The position numbers were made by a program, and so were the translations under genes. Shown in pieces: positions 10,165 through 22,067 of a DNA stretch of 62,271 bases (within the stretch, counting starts at the first letter, position 1; every line of letters begins with the position of its first letter). Source of the DNA: Macrostomum lignano. Taxonomy: Eukaryota. The DNA is taken from the NCBI GenBank assembly GCA_002269645.1, contig NIVC01004058.1, forward strand, positions 1 through 62,271. Direction: 5' to 3'. The notes beneath the pieces are model-generated. The model was not told the DNA's origin. It was given only the letters and a program-made list of their open reading frames with translations, and did not search any database.

Positions 10165-13086
10165 TCAGCCGTCCAACTGCACCATTATGCGGGTTTCCCG
10201 CAGCGATACGAAATCTCCGTCGATGTAGTACCAGTTCAGGTACTTTGTCTGCTTCCACACCTCCGTGTTAGAGTACTCTCCATTAGGATTGGCCCTGAAG
10301 CAGGCTCCGAACCACCAGCCTCCGCCGCCTCCGTAGGTGTTGGAGCACTCTGAGCTGAGCGCGTCATTGTCCTGGTCGGTGGTGGAGAATTTCATGCCCC
10401 GATTGCGTTCGTGCAGCGAGTCCGTGGCGATGTTCGACCTCTCGCTTGCGTACCTGCAAGGCAGAGATCGATTGGCTTGCTATCGATATCGCTAATCTTA
10501 TCTGGGAGGCCAGCAGTGGCACGCGATGAGTGACGACAATTTTGAATGCTCGAGGTTCCTTCACCACACGTTATTGCATAACCTATATGGCATTGCTTAA
10601 CTTCAGACAGCCTGACAGCGTGAGTTAGCTAGTGGGTTGGGTTTAGCTGTTGCTGAGTACAGCTCCGAGTTCCTAAATGCTAAGCTGGCAACTCTATCAA
10701 CAAAATAGGAGCGACCATGCTCAAAGATTAAGCAACAATTTTCACTGCACCTGGAGTAGTCCATCGTGTACTTCGAAGCCTCGTCGCCAATCGTAAAGCC
10801 GTCGTATTCGCAGTGATACTGGCTGCCGTTGAATTTGGTGAGCTCGAATCGAACGGTAGCGGGCGTCAAGGAGCGAAACGTCTTCAGGCCTGTATTGTTG
10901 AGGCAGTCTATTTTTAAGCCTCATTTATTTAAATATTAAGGCTTAGGCATCAAATTACTACTCTAGGCTGGAATCTTAATCTCCCACAATCATTTACTCA
11001 CCATGCAGGCCCGTATTGCAGTCTTCTATTCCTACCTCATCGCTGATTGGCTAAAACATAGTCACTATGAGAGGCAGTCCTGTAATCTTCTATCCCTATC
11101 TAATTGCTGATTGGCTGGGACATCTGTATACTATGCGAGCCCGTTCTATAATTTTCTATCCCTATCTCATTGCTGATTGGCTGGGACTGCATACTAGCTA
11201 AGGAGCCTGTCCTATTGTCTTTTACGCTTGTATCATGTCGTAGCTGATTGGCTGAAACAATTCTCAAACTGCCATTTCCCTCTGCTCCCCCTTTCAATCT
11301 CTCTTCTATCTCTCCTGTCTCACCAATCCAGAAGTTGTCTGCATCACCGAATCCGTTTTCGTACTCGGTCCAAGATCGAACGAAGCTGACGCTGCCAGAA
11401 ATTCTCTGCTGCATCAGGCAGAACCTGCGGTTGCCAACCCAGCGCTCGATGCATGACTCGAAGCGGGCCACTGCGCAATGGAAATTCGAGGATTTTGTGT
11501 ACCTTTGAGAAATAGCTTCAGAGATAAAATAGTTAGAACCAATTCTAGGAAGCCGTTCTTCTAGGTAAGCAAAAATATTTTAGCACTTGAAAAAAAAACT
11601 ACTCTTACTACTGCCGATAGTAGTATGGATTTGAAATAATAAATATCCCTATTAAATCAGAAAGCCGATAAAATTGTAAGCCGTGGGAAAATATTGAATT
11701 TGTTCAATATTTATAAGCTCAAGAATGGGAGTCACTGAGCTACAACAACAGACTTCCCCATGAAATAATTGGATATTAAATCTCGTCTCCCAGTATTCCC
11801 CCCCCCCACTTCTTGTGTGTTTGGGTTTGGGGAGGGTTGAGGGTAGCACTCTGTAGCTTCCAGTATGCGGATCCACCTGCATATCGCGTCCATATCTAAT
11901 AGGGGTTCATTGCTCTCGCATGGCATAGATGTGGGGGGACAAAATTTCCAGCAGCGATCAATACAGCTTGAATGATAACCCATAGGCCGGCTCTGCCATC
12001 CCCATGGACTAAACTTGACACTCAAAGAGTCTCCCAATGCCTCTGCACTTCAATCAGAGCCTGGCACTGCGGTTCCTCCCGGCTCGCAGCACACAGCTTC
12101 TTCATTCCTTTGCTTCCAAGCCTCCCAGTACCCAGCTGCCTCATCCCAGACTCCTTACCCAGCTTCCTCATCACGGGCAGCTGGCAGCCGGAGGGCGGGA
12201 ACGGCGGTCCCCAGTTCCAGTACAGAACGCAGTCGTCCTTCGGACAGAAGGCGAAGGCCCGGCAGTGGAACATCCGGCCGCAGGCGGCGGCGCACTCGGT
12301 GCTGCCGAATCCGGGCGCCGTGCTGAACCGCAGCTGGCGGAGCTCCGAGCTGGCGGTCTGCGGCGGCGCCAGCAGAGACGAGTTCTGGACAGGTCGGAAC
12401 CGGTAGCGCCCTGCGGAGTTGCCATGCAGGGATCGGTTTGACTGGGCTGAGACTGCAATCTATATGACGTTCTGAATATTGCTGGATAATAAATTCGTTG
12501 AGCGTTATATAGAAAATTGATTCACCTGCCCCAATGGCCAGATGTGCAACCCACAGCTCAGCCGCTGGGGGTTCGCCATATATTTTTAATTACCCCAGCT
12601 AATGCTGGCACCCATTCTACAGCTGGGTGAACTGAAGCAATGCAGAGTTAAGTGTCTTGCTCAAAGAAACAAATTGTTCCGAGTGGGTCGAGAATCGAAC
12701 CCCCGATCTTTCAGTCGCAAGTCCGACACTCTAACTACTAGACTACAATGCATGCAGCCCTAAGAGTTTATCAACTGATTATTAACTGGTTATCAGGACG
12801 CCATGCAGGGCTAGTAGATGGGGGCGTCGTTTGCCCAGCCGGCTAGCAAAAGTACATGGCTAACCCTCCTTACAGAATAGCCCAAATTGATTCACTTTTG
12901 GGACACACCCCTCCAGTATGGATTGAAAAATCCTGGTGGCTAAGCTATACCGTAGGCATGATAATCGACTGCAGTTGTAGAGAAATACCAGCTAATTGTC
13001 TTACAGTTATCGCAGCTCAGGACCAGCGCCAGATGCAGACAAATGAAACAGAAAATCCACAATAGCAGTGCGGCGATGCGCTTCAT
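10165..13086 (-). CDS. Secreted fibrinogen-related domain (FReD) protein with N-terminal PAN/apple-like domain
   Basis: Exons 13005-13086 (signal peptide MKRIAALLLWIFCFICLHLALVLSC), 12159-12452 (ECAAACGRMFHCRAFAFCPKDDCVLY), 11324-11515 (QQRISGSVSFVRSWTEYENGFGDADNFWIG), 10751-10889 and 10165-10453 (MKFSTTDQDND...GGWWFGACFRANPNGEY). Phases 1, 1, 1, 2 are consistent. Confidence 0.85.
12540..12748 (-). mobile_element. tRNA-derived CORE/MIR-like SINE, family B, copy 1 (FReD intron 1)
   Basis: Reverse-strand head has A box GTAGTCTAGTAGTTAGAG and B box GGTTCGATTC. The body CCCATTCTACAGCTGGGTGAACTGAAGCAATGCAGAGTTAAGTGTCTTGCTCAA is shared with copies at ~21928 and ~56874. Confidence 0.85.
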
Positions 13087-13504
13087 GGCTTGCTTGAATT
13101 GTCAGCAAAAAATTAGATGCCGTTTCAGAGCTGCCTTGAAGCAGAGCGATTTCAAATATTTTTAGCTAAGCCTCCCCTGTGAGGTAGCGCCTTGGCAACC
13201 AAATGATAAATAGAACATAGAAATACTGCTGCAAGCCCACTGAGTTCAAACCATGACCAATGAGCAGTCTACGTATCAGCACAGGGATAGAAGATTTCCA
13301 GTACTATGTTCATCCCAAGTAGAATGCATCAAATTACAGAGTACTCAGCTTATTGAATTGGTAAGAACTATCCAGTGCTGCTCAAAAAAAAAGTAGCTTA
13401 TGCTCAACTATGCTGAACACTAAGCGTACGCTCGCGCCTTTCAGGCAGGTAATCCGAAACAAACTGATCCGGACCTGGAACTGCAGTTGCTCAATCCTCA
13501 GTTG

Positions 13505-14010
13505 ATCCCTCACAGATCCCAGTTGCTGGGCCAGCCTCCCAGATCCCCAGTTGCTGGGCCAGCCTTCCAGATCCCCAGTTGCTGGGCCAGCCTCTCAGAT
13601 CCTCAGTTGCTGGGCCAGCCTCCCAGATCCCCAGTTGCTGGGCCAGCCTTCCAGATCCCCAGTTGCTGGGCCAGCCTTCCAGATCCCCAGTTGCTGGGCC
13701 AGCCTTTCAGATCCCCAGTTGCTGGGCCAGCCTCTCAGATTCTCAGTTGCTGGGCCAGCATCCCAGTTGCGGGCCAGCCTCCAAAATCCTCAGTTTCTGG
13801 GCCAGCCTCTCAGATCCCCAGTTGCTGGGCCAGCCTCCCAGATCTGTCGCTGGGCCAGCCTTCCAGATCCCCAGTTGCTGGGCTAGCCTTCCAGATCCCC
13901 AGTTGCTGGGCCAGCCTCCCAGATCTCAGTCGCTGGGCCAGCCTTCCAGATCCCCAGTTGCTGGGCCAGCCTCTCGGCTGTTGGCCCCCTGCCGCCCTCT
14001 CCCAGATCCA
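13505..14010. repeat. 28-nt minisatellite between RPL10 and the FReD gene
   Basis: Unit CAGATCCCCAGTTGCTGGGCCAGCCTCC; about 17 copies. Confidence 0.95.
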
Positions 14011-14231
14011 CAGGCTTTATAAGGCTTATAGAAGTAAAAAAATGTACAAGAGGCTTCTAAACCGCCGTCACCAGATTTTCTCTCCATCAGTCAATAGCGC
14101 AAAACTAAAGACACGCCAAAAACGACTTATCATAAAGACTTGGTATATTTCTTTTCAAAAGTTCATAGCGCACTTTTGCACAACGGCTCCGACAGTTGTC
14201 CTGTTATCTCAGACAGTTATTGGATGCAGGC

Positions 14232-15493
14232 CTAGCTGGCCATGCGCATAGCGGCCTGCACCTGCTTCCAGTTGTCCAGCGGCCCGTGCTCCGGCAGGTA
14301 CTTGCAGCCGACGCCGTCAGGCTGCAGGCGGCCCTCGGCGCGCATCCGCTCGTAGTCGGCTCTGTCCCACTTCGTGAAGCCCCAGCGACGGCTGACGGCG
14401 ATCTTCTGCCTGCCGGGGAACTTCATCTTGGATCGGCGGAAAGCCTCCACCATGGAGTTCACGTTGTTTTCCTTGCCGCGCACCGACATGATCACCTGGG
14501 GCGGGCAATTCCATTCGCTAGTTGTCAGTTATGACAAGGATTGGCAAAGCCAGTTATCATCAGACTACCGGCTTATAAGCGGGGATTCCCAAGGCAGTTA
14601 TGAGGAGATTCCCAAGGCAGTTATGAGGGGATTCCCAAGGCAGTTATGAGGGGATTCCCAAGGCAGTTATGAGGGGATTCCCAAGGCAGTTATGAGGGGA
14701 TTCCCAGCCACGAGGGATTCGCAGGGGCTGTAGTGCAGTTACAGGGGAATTCCCAGAGGCTGTAGTGCAGTTACAGGGGAATTCCCAGGGCTGTAGTGCA
14801 GTTACAGGGGAATTCCCAGAGGCTGTAGTGCAGTTACAGGGGAATTCCCAGAGGCTGTAGTGCAGTTACAGGGGAATTCTCAGAGGCTGTAGTGCAGTTA
14901 CAGGGGAACTCCCAGAGGCTGTAGTGCAGTTACAGGGGAATTCCCAGGGCTGTAGTGCAGTTACAGGGTAATTCCCAGGGCTGTAGTGCAGTTACAGGGG
15001 AATTCCCAGAGGCTGTAGTGCAGTTACAGGGGAATTCCCAGGGCTGTAGTGCAGTTACAGGGGAATTCCCAGGGCTGTAGTACAGCTGACAAACCTGGCC
15101 GATGTTGACGCGGGCCACCAGGCCGTTCGGCTTGCCAAAGGCGCCGCGCATGCCAGTCTGCAGTCGATCGGCGCCGGCGCAGGACAACATCTTGTTGATG
15201 CGGGTCACGTGGAACGGGTGCAGCCGGACTCGCAGGTGGAAGGAGTCCTTGCCGCAGCTCTTCACCAGGTACTTGTTGGCGGCGATGCGGGCAGCTTCCA
15301 GAGCCTCTGCGGACAGCTGCTCATACTCGTCCGAGATCATGTGGACGCACTGCGGGAAGTCGTCCACTCGGGCCTTCTTCTTGCCCAGATCGTAGATTCG
15401 AATCTTGGGATCGGGGACGCCGCGGCAGAAGCGCGACTTGGGGTACGGCTTGTTCTTGCAGTAGCGGTAGCAGCGGGCGGGGCGGCGACCCAT
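14232..15493 (-). CDS. RPL10: 60S ribosomal protein L10 (uL16/QM)
   Basis: Exons 15095-15493 and 14232-14495, phase 0. [37 protein letters not shown] ... [16 protein letters not shown] are unmistakable RPL10 motifs. Confidence 0.97.
14578..15083. repeat. Compound minisatellite (23-nt plus 30/31-nt units) filling the RPL10 intron
   Basis: GAGGGGATTCCCAAGGCAGTTAT about 5 copies, then GCTGTAGTGCAGTTACAGGGGAATTCCCA(G)G about 12 copies. The two units share GGGGA(A)TTCCCA and GCAGTTA. Confidence 0.95.
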
Positions 15494-15589
15494 TCTGAGC
15501 GATGGAGCTGCAAGTTGAGCGATAAGGAGAATCAACTGGGTTAGCCATCAGACAGTTTTTGAGCCAGATTTATAGAGATAAAGTGCCTT

Positions 15590-17090
15590 GTGCGATTCTC
15601 AGGGTGGTGATGGGGCGAATCTCAGGGTGATAATGGAGCGAATCTCACGATGATGATGGGGCGAAGCTCAGGGTGATAATGGAGCGAATCTCACGATGAT
15701 GATGGGGCGAATCTCAGGGTGATAATGAAGCGAATCTCACGATGATGATGGGGCGAAGCTCAGGGTGATAATGGAGCGAATCTCACGATGATGATGGGGC
15801 GAAGCTCAGGGTGATAATGGAGCGAATCTTACGATGATGATGGGGCGAAGCTCAGTGTGATAATGGAGCGAATCTCACGATGATGATGGGGCGAATCTCA
15901 GGGCGGTGATGGAGCGAATCTCAGGGTGGTGATGGAGCGAATCTCAGGACGGTGATGGAGCAAATCTCAGGGTGGTGATGGAGTGAATCTCACGATGATG
16001 ATGGGGCGAATCTCAGGGTGATAATGGAGCGAATCTCATGGCGGTGATGGAGCAAATCTCAGGGTGGTGATGGAGTGAATCTCAGGGTGATAATGGAGCG
16101 AATCTCACGATGATGATGGGGCGAATCTCAGGGTGATAATGGAGCGAATCTTACGATGATGATGGGGCGAAGGTCAGGGTGATAATGGAGCGAATCTCAC
16201 GATGATGATGGGGCGAATCTCAGGGTGATAATGGAGCGAATCTCACGATGATGATGGGGCGAAGCTCAGGGTGATAATGGAGCGAATCTCACGATGATGA
16301 TGGGGCGAATCTCAGGGTGATAATGGAGCGAATCTCACGATGATGATGGGGCGAAGCTCAGGGTGATAATGGAGCGAATCTCACGATGATGATGGGGCGA
16401 AGCTCAGGGTGATAATGGAGCGAATCTTACGATGATGATGGGGCGAAGCTCAGTGTGATAATGGAGCGAATCTCACGATGATGATGGGGCGAAGCTCAGG
16501 GTGATAATGGAGCGAATCTCACGATTATGATGGGGCGAAGCTCAGGGTGATAATGGAGTGAATCTCACGATGATGATGGGGCGAATCTCAGGGTGATAAT
16601 GGAGCGAATCTCACGATGATGATGGGGCGAATCTCAGGGCGGTGATAGAGCGAATCTCAGGGTGGTGATGGAGCGAATCTCAGGGCGGTGATGGAGCGAA
16701 TCTCAGGGTGGTGATGGAGTGAATCTCACGATGATGATGGGGCGAATCTCAGGGTGATAATGGAGTGAATCTCAGGGCGGTGATTGAGCAAATCTCAGGG
16801 TGGTGATGGAGTGAATCTCACGATGATGATGGGGCGAATCTCAGGGTGATAATGGAGCGAATCTCACGATGATGATGGGGCGAATCTCAGGGCGGTGATG
16901 GAGCGAATCTCAGGGTGGTGGTGGGGTGAATCTCACGATTGTGATAGGGCGAATCTCAGGGTGGTGATAGGGCGGATCTCACGATTCTGATAGGGCGAAT
17001 CTCGGGACGCAGATGGGGCGAATATCAGGGTGGTGATGGAGCGAATCTCAGGACGATGAAGCGATTCTCAGGATGTCGAGAGCGACTTTC
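15590..17090. repeat. 23/46-nt dimeric minisatellite upstream of RPL10
   Basis: Dimer GGGGCGAATCTCAGGGTGATAAT + GGAGCGAATCTCACGATGATGAT, repeated over about 1.5 kb. Confidence 0.95.
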
Positions 17091-17561
17091 CCACGAAGAT
17101 TTATGAGGAATGAAAGGGCAGTTTAGCAGATTTACAAGTGCTACCAACTAAGCAAAGCACAACAAACAGACCATCTGCTCAACAAAAAGTCTACCTAAAA
17201 AAACTGATGTAGTATATATTTCCAACTGTTTAACACGTCAAAGGTAACAAGCAATACTAATTGAATATACAGACACAGCTGAATAACAATACAGTTAATA
17301 GCCAGTAGGTAAGAGAGACGGGGTAAAGAGGCAAACAAATATGCATGAAAAATAAAACTAGATGGAACTCCAAACTTTAGTTTTCGTCCATAGTGTAAAG
17401 AAAAAATTGAAAATAGACATCAATTTTAATGGAATGATTTTGATAAGTTTCTATTCTTGAAAATTTAATTGGTCAATTTTCGTTGAAACGCAAAAAAACA
17501 GGTTAAAACAAAAACATGAAAACAAAATGGGTGACCGCAGGCAAAACAGCTTCCGTTTAAA

Positions 17562-17575
17562 CTGAAGAAAGACGC
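17562..17575 (-). promoter_or_regulatory. Possible TCT/5'TOP-type initiator of RPL10
   Basis: The reverse strand reads GCGTCTTTCTTCAG, a polypyrimidine initiator-like motif typical of ribosomal protein genes. No clear downstream donor was found, so support is weak. Confidence 0.2.
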
Positions 17576-17894
17576 AACAATTTTGAGTCAAATCCCCAGT
17601 TAGAAAAGCTCTGTTAGGTTACTGGGATTAAGCGTTGTTATAAAAGGATAGATCCGATATTCAAGGCTGTTCCCAGGTGCGGACAGGTTAGTTATTCATA
17701 TCACACTGTAAATATTGACGAGACGGCTGTTGTTCCAACCGAGCTGCAATGTTAGGCGTGTTAATTTGGCTTATAAATAAAGGTTATGATTAGAGTGGAT
17801 TTAAGTTAGAATCACTACAAAACAATATGTTAGATAAATATGCTGATAGTAGAAGTCTACTCTTCTCTGCTGCTGCACCCGAACAGAATTTTTC

Positions 17895-18288
17895 CTTGTG
17901 TGCATTGCTGGCACAGTGGGGGGCCGCAACCCCCTCCCTGTGTTTTCTACCGCAGCTCAGCTGGCACAGTGGGGGGGGCCGCAACCCCCCTCCCAGTGTT
18001 TTCTACCGCAGCTCAGCTGGCACAGTGGGGGGCCGCAACCCCCCTCCCTGTGTTTTCTACCGCAGCTCAGCTGGCACAGTGGGGGGCCGCAACCCCCCTC
18101 CCTGTGTTTTCTACCGCAGCTCAGCTGGCATAGTGGGGGGCCGCAACCCCCCTCCCTGTGTTTTCTACCGCAGCTCAGCTGGCATAGTGGGGGGCCGCAA
18201 CCCCCCTCCCTGTGTTTCCTACCGCAGCTCAGCTGGCATAGTGGGGGGCCGCAACCCCCCTCCCTGTGTTTTCTACCGCAGCTCAGCA
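17895..18288. repeat. 54-nt hairpin-forming minisatellite just downstream of the ATP9 3' end
   Basis: Unit GCAGCTCAGCTGGCACAGTGGGGGGCCGCAACCCCCCTCCCTGTGTTTTCTACC; about 7 copies. Confidence 0.95.
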
Positions 18289-18444
18289 TAATCAGCTCTA
18301 TTCGGGTGCAGAGAAGTTTAATGACTTACTATGTAAATAGAATTAGATGTGTTAGTTTTAACCTGTCGAACATATAGTGATACTATAAATAGCAACCACA
18401 CAATAAAGTTCTAAAAGCAAAAGTTAAAATAGTTAACAAAATAA

Positions 18445-21400
18445 TTACGCCTGCAGTTTCCTGGCAATTGGCGGACTCATCAAATAGCGAATGAGTTTCA
18501 GCGCCACAATGGGAATGGAGCTGACTGCTGTGATGGCCGACACTTTCCATAGGAAGTTCAGCGTCAGGATGAAGGCTCGATCTAAAAACATTTTTATAAT
18601 CCATGAGTGGCCGCATTTTATACAGGCTTCGAAATTTTTCTGGTAAAAATATTACTCAAGATTTCAAACTATTCTAGATCAGCTTCCATACCGCTCTAGA
18701 TCAGCTTCCATACCGCTCTAGATCAGCTTCCATACCGCTCTAGATCAGCTTCCATACCGCTATAGATCAGCTTCCATACCGCTCTAGATCAGCTTCCATA
18801 CCGCTCTAGATCAGCTTCCATACCGCTCTAGATCAGCTTCCATACCCCTCTAGATCAGCTTCCATATCTTTTTAGATTAGCTTCCATACACCTCTAGATT
18901 CCGTACTTTTCTAGATCAGCTTCCATACCCTGATGAAGCAAACAGGACTCACCAAAGTACTGTGTGAGAATAAACACGGCAGCCAAGTATGAGCACAAGC
19001 TAACCAACTCGGCAACAATAATCTGCCAACACCAGGTGCGCACAGTCAGAGCCACCATAATCAGCTCGGTGAACACCAGAGCCGTGAAGCCAATGCTGAC
19101 AATGTGCAGAAATGAGCCTTGAAACAGCCAGATAGATCCGTACATGATAACGCCGCCCTGATAGATAGAGATGGCCACCCAGATGCACAGCAGTTTAGCT
19201 GACAATTCCCGGCCTTTCAACAGGTCTCTGTATAACTCGGGAAATTTCTCCGCTGTGGCGCTGGCCACGTCTTTGTCCAGCACCAGAGAGAACACGGGAA
19301 ACATGGTGAATATGGTGGCGTAGCCGATCATGAGAATGCCGGGAAACAGGCTGATGGCTACGTAGAAAAACACGGCCGAGAAGGCTGCCTGCATTGTAGA
19401 GATGATCAGGCCGCGGTGCACGATGAACTGGGCCAGCACCGATGTGTTCTTGTAGCAGCGGCGACCGTGAACCTGCGCGATTGAGGGATGCGCAATCACC
19501 TCTATTTGGATTGGATGTCTACACCCGACATCTATACACCCAATAGCCTGACATCTATACGCTCAATAGACATCTATACACCCAATAGCCTGACACATCT
19601 ATACACCCAATAGCCGGACATCTACCGGGTATACACCCAATCGCTTGACATCCATACACACAATAGCCGGGCATCTATACACACAAAAGTCGGACATCTA
19701 TACACCCAATAGCCGGACATCTATACACCCAATAGCCTGACATCTATACGCCCATTAGACAGCTATACACCCGATAGCCGGACATCCATACACCCAATAG
19801 CCGGACATCTATACACTCAATAGTCTGACATCTATACACCTAATAGCCGGATATCTATACACCTAATCGCTTGACATCTATACACACAATAGCCGGGCAT
19901 CTATACACCCAATAGCCTGACATCTATACACTCGACCCACAGTATCCTGACTAACCAGCATCAACCGCGTCACGTGCTGAAATCTGGCGATGCTGAAATC
20001 GGCAGCCAGAGAAGCCTGCAGGCCCTCCTTGCCGGCGATGCCCATACCGCAGTCGGCCTCCTGAATCATGGCGACATCGTTGCCACCGTCGCCAACCGCG
20101 GCGCACCGTTTACCGGTGTGATCCTTCAATAGGCGAACCACTTCAGCTTTCTGTGTTGGTGAACAACGGCAGACAACAACGGCCGGGGCTTGGCAGGCCA
20201 GCTGAACAAAACGGCGCTCATCCTGTTCCACTGCGGCCTGAGGCAAATAATATCCGTACTGTTAGTTGTTCCATTCTAAACTGGCTACTGAGTATTAATG
20301 ATGAAGTAGTGACATTGTAGTGTACTGAATTTGTCCGCAAATTATAAAAATCATTATGTACATATAAAAACTGGAATTGTAGTGAAAGAATTGTGAATAT
20401 AGGCTAAGGAATAAGGAATCAGTTATAATCAAGACAATAGGGGCGATAAGTTAGGGGATCTGATTATCAGTTAGGGGCTTGGGATTATCAGCTAGGGATG
20501 GAGATTATCAGCTAGGGGATGGGGATTATCGATTATCAGCAAGTAGATGGGGATTATCAGCAAGGGGATGGGGATTATCAGCTAGGGGATGGGGATTATC
20601 AGCTAGGGGATGGGGATTATCGATTATCAGCAAGTAAATGGGGATTATCAGCTAGGGATGGAGATTATCAGCTAGGGGATGGGGATTATCGATTATCAGC
20701 AAGTAGATGGGGATTATCAGCTAGGGATGGAGATTATCAGCTAGGGGATGGGGATTATCGATTATCAGCAAGTAGATGGGGATTATCAGCAAGGGGATGG
20801 GGATTATCAGCTAGGGGATGGGGATTATCGATTATCAGCAAGTAGATGAGGATTATCAGCAAGGGGATGGGGATTATCAGCAAGGGGATGGGGATTATCA
20901 GCAAGTGGATGGGGATTATCAGCAAGGGGATGGGGATTATCAGCAAGGTGATGGGGATTATCAGCAAGGGGATGGGGATTATCAGCAAGGGGATGGGGAT
21001 TATCAGCTAGGGGATGGGGATTATCAGCAAGGGGATGGGAATTATCAGCAAGGGGATGAGGATTATCAGCTAGGGGATGGGGATTATCAGCTAGGGGATG
21101 GGGATTATCAGCAAGGGGATGGGAATTATCAGCAAGGGGATGAGGATTATCAGCTAGGGGATGCGGATTATCAGCTAGGGGATGCGGATTATCAGCTAGG
21201 GGATGCAGATTATCAGCTAGGGGATGGGGATAATCAGCTTCGGGATCGAGATTACCAGTTAGGAGATCGGCATTATTATCTTTGAGATCAGAATTATCAG
21301 CTACTAAATGGATCACTAGCCAATCAAGATCATTAGCTCTTGGACTTACCTGCAGGCACTCGCCGCTAATGACCACGCTGTGGCCGGCCTCAACCCTCCT

Positions 21401-22019
21401 GGCCATGTTGCGCAGCTCCTTGTCCAAGTCGGCGCTGCGCAGGGAAGCCGGCTGGAAAGCGAAGAGGCCGCCGGACCGGTCAACCAGCCGGGAGGACTTG
21501 GCGATGCAGCAGGCCGTCTCCATCTTGTCGCCGGTGAGCATCCAGACGCGCACGCCGGCATTCCGTAGAGTCTCCAAGGTGGGCCGCACGCCGGATTGCA
21601 GACGGTCTTCAACGCCGGTGACGCAGAGAAGCTCCAGGCCGCTGTCGAGCTGCTGCTGAAGCTGCTGCATCCGTTCGGAGCGATTCTCAACGGCTAGACG
21701 GGCCTGCTCGTATCTGGAATGTGTTTTGGAATTTAGGCTGGCGGTCAGCTGATCATGGACTCGAAAACAGACGGACAGGCACAGGCAGACAGACAGACAC
21801 ACAGACAGAATTTCAAAGAAAAAAAACATTTTACGAGTATACCAAATTTCTATATCTAGTAATATTGGCTACTCAATAACTGAGGCTTAAAAGACTAAAA
21901 GAAACTTGGATGCCTTGATTTCTAAGGATGCAACCCACAGCTCAGCCGCAGCTATTGCGCGGCGCATCTGAAGGCTGCGTACGGCTGTTCAGTCCAAGGA
22001 CTGGGGTCGCCACACACAG

Positions 22020-22067
<48 letters not shown>

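Noticed and set aside
14496-15094. Intronic snoRNA in RPL10, as in vertebrates
   Set aside because: The intron is almost entirely minisatellite, and no C/D or H/ACA box arrangement is visible.
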